A stretch of 64,000 nt of DNA, from positions 27,232,001-27,296,000 of the forward strand of contig CP068257.2 of the NCBI GenBank assembly GCA_009914755.4. Direction: 5' to 3'. Made by a program: the position numbers and the translations under genes. Under the pieces are notes generated by a model, which searched no databases, was not told the DNA's origin, and saw only the letters and a program-made list of their open reading frames with translations. Shown here piece after piece: positions 14,190-27,766 of this stretch; the stretch's first letter is position 1; each line of letters opens with the position of its first letter. The DNA comes from the human T2T-CHM13v2.0 reference genome, Homo sapiens.

Positions 14190-14276
14190 ATGTACAAAGC
14201 CTGAGGGCCTATCATAGAGGCTAGGAATGCAGATACTACACCAGACCCTGACCCTACTTCCAGGCATATTTCCACT
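14190..14276 (-). CDS. N6AMT1: N6AMT1 coding exon 2 ((G)VEICLEVGSGSGVVSAFLASMIGPQALY(M)); SAM-binding motif I
   Basis: Minus-strand acceptor ttttttttcag|AGTGGAAATATGC and donor TACAT|gtaagta. 87 nt. LEVGSGSG is the glycine-rich AdoMet-binding motif I. Confidence 0.9.
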
Positions 14277-14943
14277 CTGAAAAAAAAATAAATAAATATT
14301 AGTATAGTAGAATCAAAATACTCTTCACAGAAAACTCTCATGCTAGTGTTATTTCTAGCATATATATTTCTCTAGCATCATCACTCACCTGCAAATATAT
14401 GAAAATAGAAATTTATAATTTCTGACAACTACTTTGTACTTAATATTGCATAACTCAAAATTACTAATATTTTGGGTACGTAATATAAGTCCATAAAAGT
14501 TATCTATTACCAAACATGGCTTTCAGTTAATTTCAACAAACCATTACATTAAAAAGTATGGAAAAATGTTAATCTAGGGTTGGAAATATTAATGTGAAAG
14601 ACATCATTCCTTCGCACAAGGAGCTCCTAGCTTAGTATTTCCTAAAATAAAGTTTGTATTATTACAAAATTTATTTTTGAAAAAAGTTCCTCTATCATTT
14701 TTAATACCTAACATTCATAGAGCCATCAGTATATCCTAGAGAATTAAAATAATAATTCTTTGTCCTGCCCCAATAATAGAGCAGGACAAAAATTCTTTTT
14801 CTGGACAGCTATATGCTAATTGGGAAAATAGTATCTGATCTTTGAATGTTAACCATCTTAGAATGCTGTTAACTATAAAATCTTCATTCTACTGTACTTT
14901 ATCTTTCCATTAAATTTATTTTCTTGCCTATAATCTTGGAAGT

Positions 14944-15108
14944 TGCTTCTTTTTTAGAGACAGGCTCTTGCTCTGTCACCTAGGCTAGAGTGCAGTGGTG
15001 CCATCACAGCTCACTGCAGCCTTTAACTCCTGGGCTTGCTCAAGTGATCCTCCCACCTCAGCCTCCCAAGTAGTTAGGACTATAGGCACGAACCACAGTG
15101 CCAGCCCT
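14944..15108 (-). mobile_element. Alu fragment (antisense)
   Basis: ttttttagagacaggctcttgctctgtcacctaggctagagtgcagtggtgccatcacagctcactgcagcc...gactataggcacgaaccacagtgccagccc. Confidence 0.85.
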
Positions 15109-16430
15109 CTATAATGTTATACATGCATCAAAAGCATAAATCATCCCCATTAAAAAGATCAGCTTGATGGCATTTAGGGGAATTTTTAGCACTGAACTCC
15201 CAAAACAACTACCCAGTGACAAGCTCCAGAGGTTTTAAACTTTTGGAACCAGTCTACACATCTGACAAGTCTTTATTAGGTGGTAGTAAGGTCTGAGAAT
15301 CTCACCAGGTGGCTTCTCTTTGAAAATAACTATCATGGTCTCATAAATAATTAGAATTCCAAACTAGAAATAACCCAAGACTTTATAACAAAATCAGCTC
15401 CTTTTACAGCATACTTTGCAGTGCAATTTGTGCTTGTAAATCTTTCTGGGCTATCTTGAGAAGAAAAGACAAGTTATAAAACAGTACTGTTCCACTGTAT
15501 ATTCCAGTAGATCCAAAAGTTCCATCATCTACAATGAAAGACTAGTTTAATAAGAGCTGGGACATTTTATACTGGAGAAATATGACCAAGTTTAAGAGGG
15601 ATAAATAAATACAATATAGATCTTTGAAACCTGAAAGCTGTTTGTTCCATCCTGAGAAAACCCAGTTCATCTTATCTTCAAACAAATCTAACAACCCAAA
15701 TTCCTTACATTTAAAAATCACAATGTCAGTATTCATTCCTTCTGCTATTAATTTAAAATTGATGGCGATCACTTCAATAAATCCATTTAAATAAAGTGCT
15801 AGGGTAGACTATTGTCTGCTAGCTGCATGTAACTTTTTTTTGGTAACAATTAAATGAAAAATTCAGTTCCTCAATAGCACTAGCCACATTTCAAGCGCTC
15901 TGTAGCCACATGTGAGGACTGGCTGGTGCTAGAGTATGCTATTCAGTGGGTTTAAAAATATTTCCCCACTCCAGTAACACAACTTTCTTTCATGTTTGTT
16001 AAGGGTGCTTTCTATGTGCTGAGTAAATCAAATAATACCATGCAATTTTAATATGTAATACTTTAAAAATATTAATAAGCAATGTTTCCGGAATATTTTG
16101 TTTCCAAACGTGTTATACTATCGCTTCTCTCAGGGACATGTGTTCTTCAGATTAACAGGCGACAGGAAAAGATACGCCTTTGCATGGTAAGCAGTCAGGG
16201 AGCTCATGAGACAGAGCAGCCCCCTGGCAAAGGAGATGCGTCCCCGGCACACTCATTACTTGTAGCTACAGGAAAATTCTCAATTACGGCGTCCTGGCTG
16301 TCAATCATCTGCAAATGGACCCCGCCTGCTCCGGCTCAGGGCGGTGATAGTCACCGTTCCGGCCCTCCTCCACCGCACTTCTTCAGAAAGCCGCAACCCT
16401 TTCCCGTCAGAGCCCCTCCCCTCCTCGCAC

Positions 16431-16564
16431 CCTGCCAGTTCGGCAGCCGCTGCCTCGAGCGCGTCCAAAAGCAGAAACGTGTCCTCCGCGGGCTCGTACA
16501 CGTCGCTGAAGGCGCCGCGGCCCACGTGCCCGTGGAACGGCGTAGCGAAGTTCTCCCCTGCCAT
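16431..16564 (-). CDS. N6AMT1: N6AMT1 coding exon 1 (MAGENFATPFHGHVGRGAFSDVYEPAEDTFLLLDALEAAAAELA(G))
   Basis: ATG is the complement of 16562-16564. Translation matches the remembered HemK2 N-terminus. Donor GCAGG|gtgcgag leaves phase 2, completed by exon 2. Sits inside a CpG island. Confidence 0.88.
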
Positions 16565-16580
16565 AGTCCTTCGCTGCGTT

Positions 16581-16640
16581 CCATGCGCGTGCGCAGGGCG
16601 TGCGCATGCGCATGCGCATGCCCTCGCCCTCATGCGCAGG
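16581..16640. promoter_or_regulatory. Cluster of overlapping GCGCATGCGC palindromes (NRF1-type sites) 20-75 bp upstream of the N6AMT1 ATG
   Basis: ccatgcgcgtgcgcagggcgtGCGCATGCGCATGCGCATGccctcgccctcatgcgcagg: three phased GCGCATGC units plus two degenerate copies. Confidence 0.6.
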
Positions 16641-17384
16641 CCTAGGAGTGGGGCTGGCGTCCCGGGCGACCAGTGTGTTGTTGTTGGGTCTTAATTCTAA
16701 ATTTGTCAGTGGCTCTCCTTGAAATTGCTAAGTAGACAGTTGTATAATCCGTGACTATTGACATTTGCTTTCTTCTTTGGAACATTTAAATTTTATTCTG
16801 TGAACTAGAACCTGATAGTGGGCATTCTGAGTTGTTTTTGACTAAGGTGAATGTTCTTTCTTCATTCTAATGATATTTGGAAATTCTGTTTTATTCCTAG
16901 TTTGCAAGGATTTGAAAAAATACATAATAAATTTTACTGTTTTTTTGTCAGCTGAACTTTAAGCTTTACGCTATAAAGATGAAGACTTTCCTCGTTTTTT
17001 TACTGTACTTTATAAATTGCCTTCCTGATGAATCATGAATGCACTCTTTTTATAAACCTTAAGCAAGATGATGCGGTTTAATACACTGCTGAATTGGGGA
17101 GGCTAATAATCTGGCTCCGTTTTTTTTTTACCAAGATTACGCTACCCTCGTTATGTGAGTTAGGACACTGTTTCTGGAACATTAGGTAGAAAGCCTTAAA
17201 ACTGGCTGGGCTTGGTGCCTTTTTGAGTGAATGGATCTTTGATGTTTTGGAACATCTGTAAGTTATTAGACTATTCAAGTATTTGCATTCTTTTTGAGTC
17301 AATTTCTGAAATTTGTTTCGCAATGAAACATTTTTACAGCTCGTTTTTTAAATTTGAGAAATAAAAATACAGAAAAGTATTTGA

Positions 17385-17730
<346 letters not shown>

Positions 17731-18162
17731 ATTTCAAAACCCCAAGTTTTAAACCCAGAAATGACAGTATTTTCTCATGTTTCCTTAAAATATTTTTTAA
17801 ATACAAGAACTAAAATATTACAAATAAGATGGATGTTCTTTCTCTATTTGCCTTCAGTTTAATTGTGTAACATTCTCTCCAAGGCTCTTATGGATTTAGT
17901 GTATGTCCATCTAATCCATGTAAAAACATGGATCTTGCATTTATACGTTTATAAACATTCATATCTTTATAAGCAACATACGGTGTATTTTAAAATTTAC
18001 ATAACTGGTACTAGGTTGGACATATTTTTCAAATTTCTTTTTCAGTCAACATTATATGAGATTTATGTTTTGATATATGGTTAGGTTACTCCTCTTAACT
18101 GCCATATAGAATTTTATTATGTAAAAATATGAAATATATATATATATAGAAAGAGTTGTACT

Positions 18163-18243
18163 TGATCTCCTGGGTTCAAGCGATCCTCCTCCCTCAGCCT
18201 CCTGAGTAGCTGGAACTGGAACCATAGGTGCTCTCGCACCCAG
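18163..18243 (-). mobile_element. Alu internal fragment
   Basis: cttgatctcctgggttcaagcgatcctcctccctcagcctcctgagtagctgga... Confidence 0.7.
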
Positions 18244-18244
18244 T

Positions 18245-20575
<2,331 letters not shown>

Positions 20576-20985
20576 AAAGGAAAGGCTTTCAGCTTTTCCT
20601 CGTTGAGTATGATGTTAGCTGTGGATTTGTCATATATACCCAGTTTGCGTGTATTTTTTTACCCACAACATGTTCAACATTTTTATCATAAAGGAACACT
20701 GAATTTTATTGAATGCTTTTTCAGCATCTATTGAAATGATTACATGGCTTTTGTTCTTGGTTCTGTTGACATGATGTATCACACTTGTTATTGATTTGTG
20801 CATGCTGAACCATCCTTGTATCCCTGGGATGAATCCCACTTGATCATGGTGAATGACCTTTTTAATGTGTTGTTGCACTCAGTTTGCTAATATTGCATTG
20901 AGGATTTTTGCATCTATGTTCATCAAGGATATTGGCTTGTAGTTTTCTTTTTTTATTGTGTCCTTGTCTGGTTTTGGTATGTCAG

Positions 20986-20988
<3 letters not shown>
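20576..20988 (-). mobile_element. L1 ORF2 fragment (antisense)
   Basis: Minus-strand ORFs ...[18 protein letters not shown] and [59 protein letters not shown] are typical LINE-1 reverse-transcriptase sequence. Confidence 0.9.
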
Positions 20989-21032
<44 letters not shown>

Positions 21033-21033
21033 A
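20989..21033. repeat. (TG)n dinucleotide microsatellite
   Basis: tgtgtgtg... x about 22 at the truncation point of the L1 fragment. Confidence 0.97.
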
Positions 21034-21119
21034 ACATTAGTGACTCCATTTTGATTCTGACAACTTTCACAGTAGTTAGTGAAATAATAATCTAAGATAG
21101 ATAATTTTTTTCATTATTT

Positions 21120-21416
21120 TTATTTTTTCTTTTGAGACAGGGTCTCATTCTGTCACCTAGGCTGGAGTGCAGTGGTGCCATCATGGCTCGCTCCAGCCTT
21201 GACCTCCTGGGCTCAAGCAATCCTCCCATCTCAGCTTCTCAAGTAGCTGGGATTACCGCACATGCCACTGCACCTGGTTAATTTTTAATTTTTTTGTAGA
21301 GATGGAGTCTCTCTATGTTGCCCAGGCTGATTTCAAACTCCTGGGCTCAAGCAGTTCTCCCGTCTTGGCCTCCAAAGGTACTAGCATTACAGATGTGAGC
21401 CATTGCACCCAGCCAA
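21120..21416 (-). mobile_element. Alu SINE (antisense)
   Basis: gagacagggtctcattctgtcacctaggctggagtgcagtggtgccatcatggctc...cattacagatgtgagccattgcacccagcc. Confidence 0.88.
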
Positions 21417-21519
21417 TAGATCATTTTAAATGCATCTTCAAGAATGGTTCTAAAGCTTTAGAACCATATAATTTGTTCAAATTGTTTTTTGTTGCTATAA
21501 AGCCTCAAGGTTGACCAAC

Positions 21520-22690
21520 ACTTAAAACACTATGATACAGAGTAGGAGAAAATATTTGCAAAAGACATATCTGATAAAGGACAGCTATCCAAAATATGCA
21601 GAGTATTAGAACTCAAGAATAAGAAAAGGAACAACCTGGACAGACACCTCACCAAAAAGAAAAGACCCGGACAGACACCTCACCAAAGAAGACATGTGGA
21701 CGGCAAATATGCATGTGTAAGGATCCTGAAAATGATATGGCATTAGGAAATTGCAAATTAAAGCCACAATGAGATACTGTTACACACTTATTATAATGGC
21801 CAAAATCTAAAACACTGACAACAAATGCTGAAGAGAATGTGCAACAATAGGAACTTTCATTCATTGCTGGTGGGAATGCAAAATGGTACAGCTACTTTGG
21901 AAGACAGCTGGGCAATTTCTTACAAAACTAAACATACTTTTACCATACACTCCAACAATAGTGCTCTTTGGTATTTACTCAAATGAGTTGAAAACCTGTG
22001 TCTACACAAAAACCTGCACACTGATATTTATAACAGCTTTGTTCATAATTGCCAAAATTTAGAAGCAATCAAGATGTCTTTCTCTAGGTGAATGGGTAAA
22101 TAAACTGTGGTACATCCAGAAAACAGAATATTATTCAAAACTAAAATGAAATGAACTATCAAGCCATGAAAAGACATGGGGAAAACTTAAATGCATATTG
22201 CTAAGTGAAAGAAGCCAATCTTAAAAGGCTATATACTGTATGATTCTAACTATATGACATTCTGCAAAACACAGAACTATAGAGGTAGTAAAAAGAACAG
22301 TACTTGCCAGGGGTTAAGGAGGAGTGAGAGATAAGTAGATGGAACACAGAGGATTTTTTAGAACAGTGAAACTATTGTTTATGATACTATAATTGTGGAT
22401 ACATGTCATTATACATTTGTCCAAAGCCATAGAATATACAACATCAAGAATGAACTCTAATGTAAGCTATGGATTTGGGGTCATAAATGTGTATAAATGT
22501 AGGTTTGTTGATTGTAACAAATGTACCACTCTCTTGTGTGAGGCTGATAGTCGGGGAGGCTATGTGTGTGTGTCAGGGGGTGCAGAGTATAGATGGGAAC
22601 ACCCTCTACTTTGTACTCAATTTTGCTGTGAACCTAAAACTTCTCTGAAAGATAAATTTTATTTTGAAAAACACTATGATACACTAAAAC
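21520..22690 (+). mobile_element. Older L1 3' end (ORF2 C-terminus and 3'UTR), sense
   Basis: ...aaattaaagccacaatgagatactgttacacacttattataatggccaaaatc...cattgctggtgggaatgcaaaatggtacagctactttggaagacagc...cagaaaacagaatattattcaaaactaaaatgaaatgaactatcaagccatgaaaagacatggggaaaacttaaatgcatattgctaagtgaaagaagcc. Confidence 0.85.
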
Positions 22691-24399
22691 TTCTTTTGTC
22701 CTTATTTGGTAATACTTAGAAATATAATTTTATTAAGATTATATTTAAAAGTAGAGTCAAAAGATATGCATGTTTTAGTGAAATATCTTCTATTGTTATT
22801 ACTATCATCATAGTTATTATTATTTGACTTAGAAATCCTCAGTAGACATTATGAAATTAGAGATCAGTAATGTTCTAGTTGAAAAAGACATATACTTGAT
22901 AAAATTGCTTCTTATTCTTTTGGCGTTACTGTGGTTAAGAGTCTTGTGCTGTAATGATCTCAGTTAAAAATAGTAAAAAGAATCTCTTGAATATTGTGGT
23001 GGACTCTGCACAGTTCATGCAACAAGAGGCATGGTTACCTGCCCATATAGCTTTGTTTGTATCAGCCAGTTGAAATGTCAACATGGTTCCTTATCCACTG
23101 AATAATTTCACAACCCTCCTCTTAATTTGGTTGCTTTGGACACATTCTATCCTGGAAACAAAATCTAGGCTTCATAATACATTCGGAAATAATAGATTCA
23201 TGTTCTTTTTTTCCAGCTGGTACTGGTAGAGTTTACACATTTACTCCTGCACCATAGGAACAGCTGCTTAAAAAGCTGAAGTGTGTATTTGATTCCATTA
23301 CATTGGCACAATAGAAAGTCACGTAAAAGAGGGAGACTCTCTCAGCTTCTCCATATTTGGAAAATTAATTCTTTTAAGTGCTTTAAAAAAAATCTCTACA
23401 GGTGGTCAGACTCTATGAACTTAGGACCAGAAATGACCTCATCACCTTCAGCTGGTCTAAAGTTGTCTTTGGCTGCTGCACACTTCACAAAATCTTGTTA
23501 ATTATGATTGTTTTTCCTAGTTATAAGTCCTTCTGGATACATTTTTATAGCATTTATTTTTATCGCTTACATAACTACATAAAATATTTTCATTGGTGTC
23601 AAAATGTCATGTTATTGCCAAATAGATTCCATTTCAATTTCTAGAAATTATTGGAAAGTTAATACCCACATTTTAATGGCACCCTTGCTGTGGTATTAAA
23701 TCATGTTTTATTGAAATTCACAAGAATCAAAATTACACTGCGTTTATCCAGAATAAAGCACTAGAACAGTTACTTTTTGGCCGTCTTGCCCATTAATTTC
23801 TATGCTTGCACTTTCTCTTTAGACAAGCAATGAATGAAATTTAGTGTCTTTCTAGAATTGAATTCTCATGAAAGTGATTGTCATATACACACTCATCATC
23901 TACTTCTCTTTTCAGCTCAGTGATATTTAGTTCAAGAATTGGTAGGTGAATCTTTTCCCTGGCTTATAAAACTTCACCCTATTTATTTCTATTTCAAGAA
24001 AAGTAAAAATATTTTAAAAAGTAAAATTAGGCAAGAAAGTCATCTTGCTAGCTAGGCATTTGGTTTCTCCTTAGAGGTGTTATTTAAGAAAACTCAGTCC
24101 CCTAGACATCATTTCAAGAACATAATTGTTTAGCTGCAAAGCTACAGTTTTGGGTAGAAAATTCCCTTTGAGGGTTGCACATTGAACCCATATTTAGAGA
24201 ACCTGAGAAATGAGCTTTCAGCAGCAATCCCATTTACTCTTCTCCCCACAGCCTGGGGCATCTGGAAGAAGCCACCAGGAAAGCTGGAGGATGACTAAAG
24301 GGCTGAGTTTGATCCAGTTTGCCAGATTAGGTCCATCGCCCTGAGGCCCTTTTTTGCCTAGGTCCTGCATATTCCATGCTATAGACTGAATTACGTCCC

Positions 24400-24720
24400 T
24401 GTAAAATTCGTATTTTGAAGCCTTAACCCCCAATGTCACAGTATTTGGAGATGGGGTCTTTGGGACATAATTAAGTTTAGATGAGGTCATGAGGCCATGG
24501 GATTAATACTCTTAAAAGAAGTGGCATCAGAGAGCTTGCTGTGTCTCTTTCTGCCACTATGAGGACACAGTGAGAAGGCAGACATCTGCAAGCCAGAAAG
24601 AGGGATCTAGCTCCAACCATGCTGGTGCATGAAGACTTCCAGCCTCCATAACTGTGGAAATAAATGTCTGTCGTTAAGCCACTCAGTCTATGGTATTTTG
24701 TTATTGCAGCATGAGCTGAG
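24400..24720 (+). mobile_element. MaLR-type LTR (MST/MLT-like), sense
   Basis: ttgaagccttaacccccaatgtcacagtatttggagatggggtctttgggac...ccagcctccataactgtggaaataaatgtctgtcgttaagccactcagtctatggtattttgttattgcagcatgagctgag. Confidence 0.7.
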
Positions 24721-24977
24721 GAATAGAAATGGTCCCCAACCTAACAATGGTTCCACTTAATGCTTTTTTGACTTTATGATGGTGCAAAAGTGAAAAGCAT
24801 TCAGTAGAAATTGTAATTGGAGCATCCATACAGTCATCCTGGTTTTTACTTTCAGTATAGTATTCAAAAAATTACATGAGATATTCCACACTTTATAAAA
24901 TAGGCTTTGTTGTTAGATGATGTTGCCCATCTGTAGGCTAATGTAAGTATTCTGAGCATGTTTCAAGAAGGTTAGGC

Positions 24978-25300
<323 letters not shown>

Positions 25301-26149
25301 CTACAATATTCTGTAGATTCGGTGTATTAAATGCATTTTAAACTTAAGATATTTTCCATTTATGATTAGTTTATTGTGACATAACCCCATCACAAGTCAA
25401 GGTGTATCTGTCCATCCCCCAAGGACAAGAGACTTGGAGCCTGAGCACACAGGGATGGTGCAAACTCAGATGTTGGTCCAGACAGTTCAGGAACACATGT
25501 TTTAAAATTGGAATTGTTGCCTCAATTTTCTCTTTCAGTGTGTAAATGGAACCTCCAAATAAGATTAAATTGAAGAGAAAGCATTAAAGGGCAGTATTCC
25601 AGTGGAATCCATGAACAGTTTGTAAGTAAAATTACTTGTTTGTTTGCACTGATTTGCTAAGGAAGGAAAATTTTAAAAGTAGTCGTTGTTCTTAAGAAAG
25701 TTAAATTTATAGTTTAAGTTATGGTATATTTTATACTGGGCACTGTGCCTTCCTCATAATATTCTTATTAAATATTTGTTGATTTAAGATGTTTTTTACT
25801 TCATCACATGTATTTAGCAGAGTAAATTCTTATAAAAGAATTTTATCACATTCTTGTGACAAAGTATACTCCATGCTAAATGTGGTACTAATTACTTGAG
25901 TGTGAAGGTGAAGATTTTTCCTGGCAAATTTGGAACAGCAGCTTAAAAAATAGGTAATACACAGCTGAAGAGTCTTTCTTTCCAGATTCAACTCATATAC
26001 CTACTATCTTGACTTTCTCTAAGCCTATATATTTAAATTCTAGAAACCACCACATTCACTTATTAAACACAAATGCCAAGCATGCATCTAATATTTATTA
26101 CGTTACATTTTTATTTTTATGAAATACTGATTGAAACAAATAGTCACCC

Positions 26150-26505
26150 AGGACAGGGGTCCCGAACCCCTGGACCACGGACTGGTATTAGTCTGTGGCC
26201 TGTTCGTAACTGGGCTGCACAGCAGGAGGTGAGTGGCAGGTAAATGAGCATTACTGCCTGATCTCCGCCTCCTGTGAGATCAGCGGCGGTGTTAGATTCT
26301 CATAAGAGCACAAATCCTATGGTGAACTGCGCATGTGAGGGATGTAGGCGGTGTGCTTCTTATGAGATTTTAATTAATGCCTGATGATTTGAGGTGGAAC
26401 AGTTTTATCCTGAAACTATCCCCTCTGCCTCCTGGCCATGGAAAAATTGTCTTTCACGAAACTGGTCCTTGGTGCTAAAAAGGCTGGGGACCACTGATCT
26501 AGGGC
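26150..26505. mobile_element. Non-autonomous DNA-transposon (MITE/MER-type) with terminal inverted repeats
   Basis: Termini caggggtcccgaacccctgg and ggctggggaccactg are inverted repeats. Internal ggaccacggactggtattagtctgtggcctgttcgtaactgggctgcacagcaggaggtgagtggcagg...cctgatctccgcctcctgtgagatcagcggcggtgttagattctcataagagcacaaatcctatggtgaactgcgcatgtgagggatgtaggcgg matches a common human MER repeat; family name not recalled. Confidence 0.6.
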
Positions 26506-27471
26506 ATAGCTAGTTTTTGCCATAGCTATGTCATAACTAGATGTGTTGTGATAAAATCTCACCTGTAGATCTGAGTTGAGCATATCAGCCTATTTCACTG
26601 TGGTAGACAATTCTGTCTGCCGTGGTCCTCCAAAGATATTCACATCCTAATCCCCAGAACCTGTGAATATGATGCTTTACATGGCAAAAGGGAGTTTGCA
26701 CACATGATTAAGTTAAGGATCTTGATGTGGGGAGACTGTCTTGGATTAACCAGGTGGGTTCAATGTCATCAGAAGGCTCCTCCTATGAGGAAGGAAGAGA
26801 GTCAGAAATAAGAGTAGGATATATGATGTTCAAGCAGAGGAGAGAGAAAGAGAGAGAGAGATTTGAAGATGATATGCTGCTGGTTTTGTTTTGAAGATGG
26901 ACGAAGGGGCCCTGAGCCAGGGAAAGCAGGCCACCTCTAGAAGCTGGAAAAGGCAAGGAAATGAAATCCCCCAAGAGCCTCCAGAAGGAACACAACCATG
27001 CCAACCTGTTTTAGACTTCTGATCTCCTGAACTGTAAAATAATAAATATGTGTTGTTTTAAGGCAATAAATTTGTGATAATCTGTTATAGTAGCAATAGG
27101 AGAAGAATACAGCAAATCAACACTGATTTTATTTTCTTAACATGGTGCAACTAATACCAACTTAAAAGCAATTTAAACTTTACACACTAGTTGTCAAATT
27201 CTCTAAAGAGACAAACCTAAATGAATATGAGACTAATTTAACCTTCTGACATCTATGGGCACACTGAAGACTGGGAGAACTGGTAGTGTTCACGTGGTGT
27301 TTGTCCAACCCTTTAACCCAGCACCCTCTAGACCTGCACTGTCCACCCCACCTGGAGCTACTGTGCCCTGGAAATGTATCTAGAATGTAATGGGATGTGC
27401 AGGAAGTCTAAGATACACTGTGGATTTTGTAAAGAAGAGTGCAAAATACCTTGATAATTTTTGTTTTGTTT

Positions 27472-27766
27472 CGTTTTTGAGACAATCTTGTTCTGTCATC
27501 CAGGCTGGAGTGCAGTGACACAACGTCAGCTCACTGCAACCTCCTCCTGGGTTTAAGTAATTCTCCTGCCTCAGTCTCCCAAAAGTAGCTGGGACTACAG
27601 GCACGCGCCACCATGCCTGGCTAATTTTTGTGTTTTTAGTAGAGACAGGGTTTCACTATGTTGCCCAGGCTGATACAAACTCCTGACCTCAAGTGATCCA
27701 CCTGCCTCAGCCTCCCAAAGTGCTGGAATTACAGGTGTGAGCCACTGCACCTGGCAATAATTTTAA
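27472..27766 (-). mobile_element. Alu SINE (antisense)
   Basis: ttttgagacaatcttgttctgtcatccaggctggagtgcagtgacacaacgtcagctcactgcaacc...gtgctggaattacaggtgtgagccactgcacctggc. Confidence 0.9.

Larger units (their letters stand above)
16280..16690 (-). promoter_or_regulatory. N6AMT1: CpG island / core promoter and 5'UTR of N6AMT1
   Basis: Dense CpG and high GC confined to about 400 bp around the start codon. Flanking DNA is AT-rich and CpG-poor. Confidence 0.75.

Noticed and set aside
15450-15560. Minus-strand peptide FIVDDGTFGSTGIYSGTVLF, resembling a methyltransferase motif I, inside N6AMT1 intron 1
   Set aside because: A stop lies immediately upstream and no splice sites fit. The genuine motif I (LEVGSGSGVVS) is in exon 2 at 14190-14276. 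Chance resemblance.
16082-16694. Cluster of 5 overlapping ORFs (70-187 aa) on both strands, including a 187-aa + strand ORF
   Set aside because: GC-rich CpG-island sequence rarely contains stop codons. Only the minus-strand frame beginning MAGENFATPFHG... (exon 1 of N6AMT1, ending at the GT donor at 16430) is real; the remainder of that ORF reads into intron 1.
22393-22719. 108-aa + ORF with Cys-rich stretch
   Set aside because: It falls inside the 3'UTR/ORF2-tail portion of an old L1, and has no start context or conservation signal.
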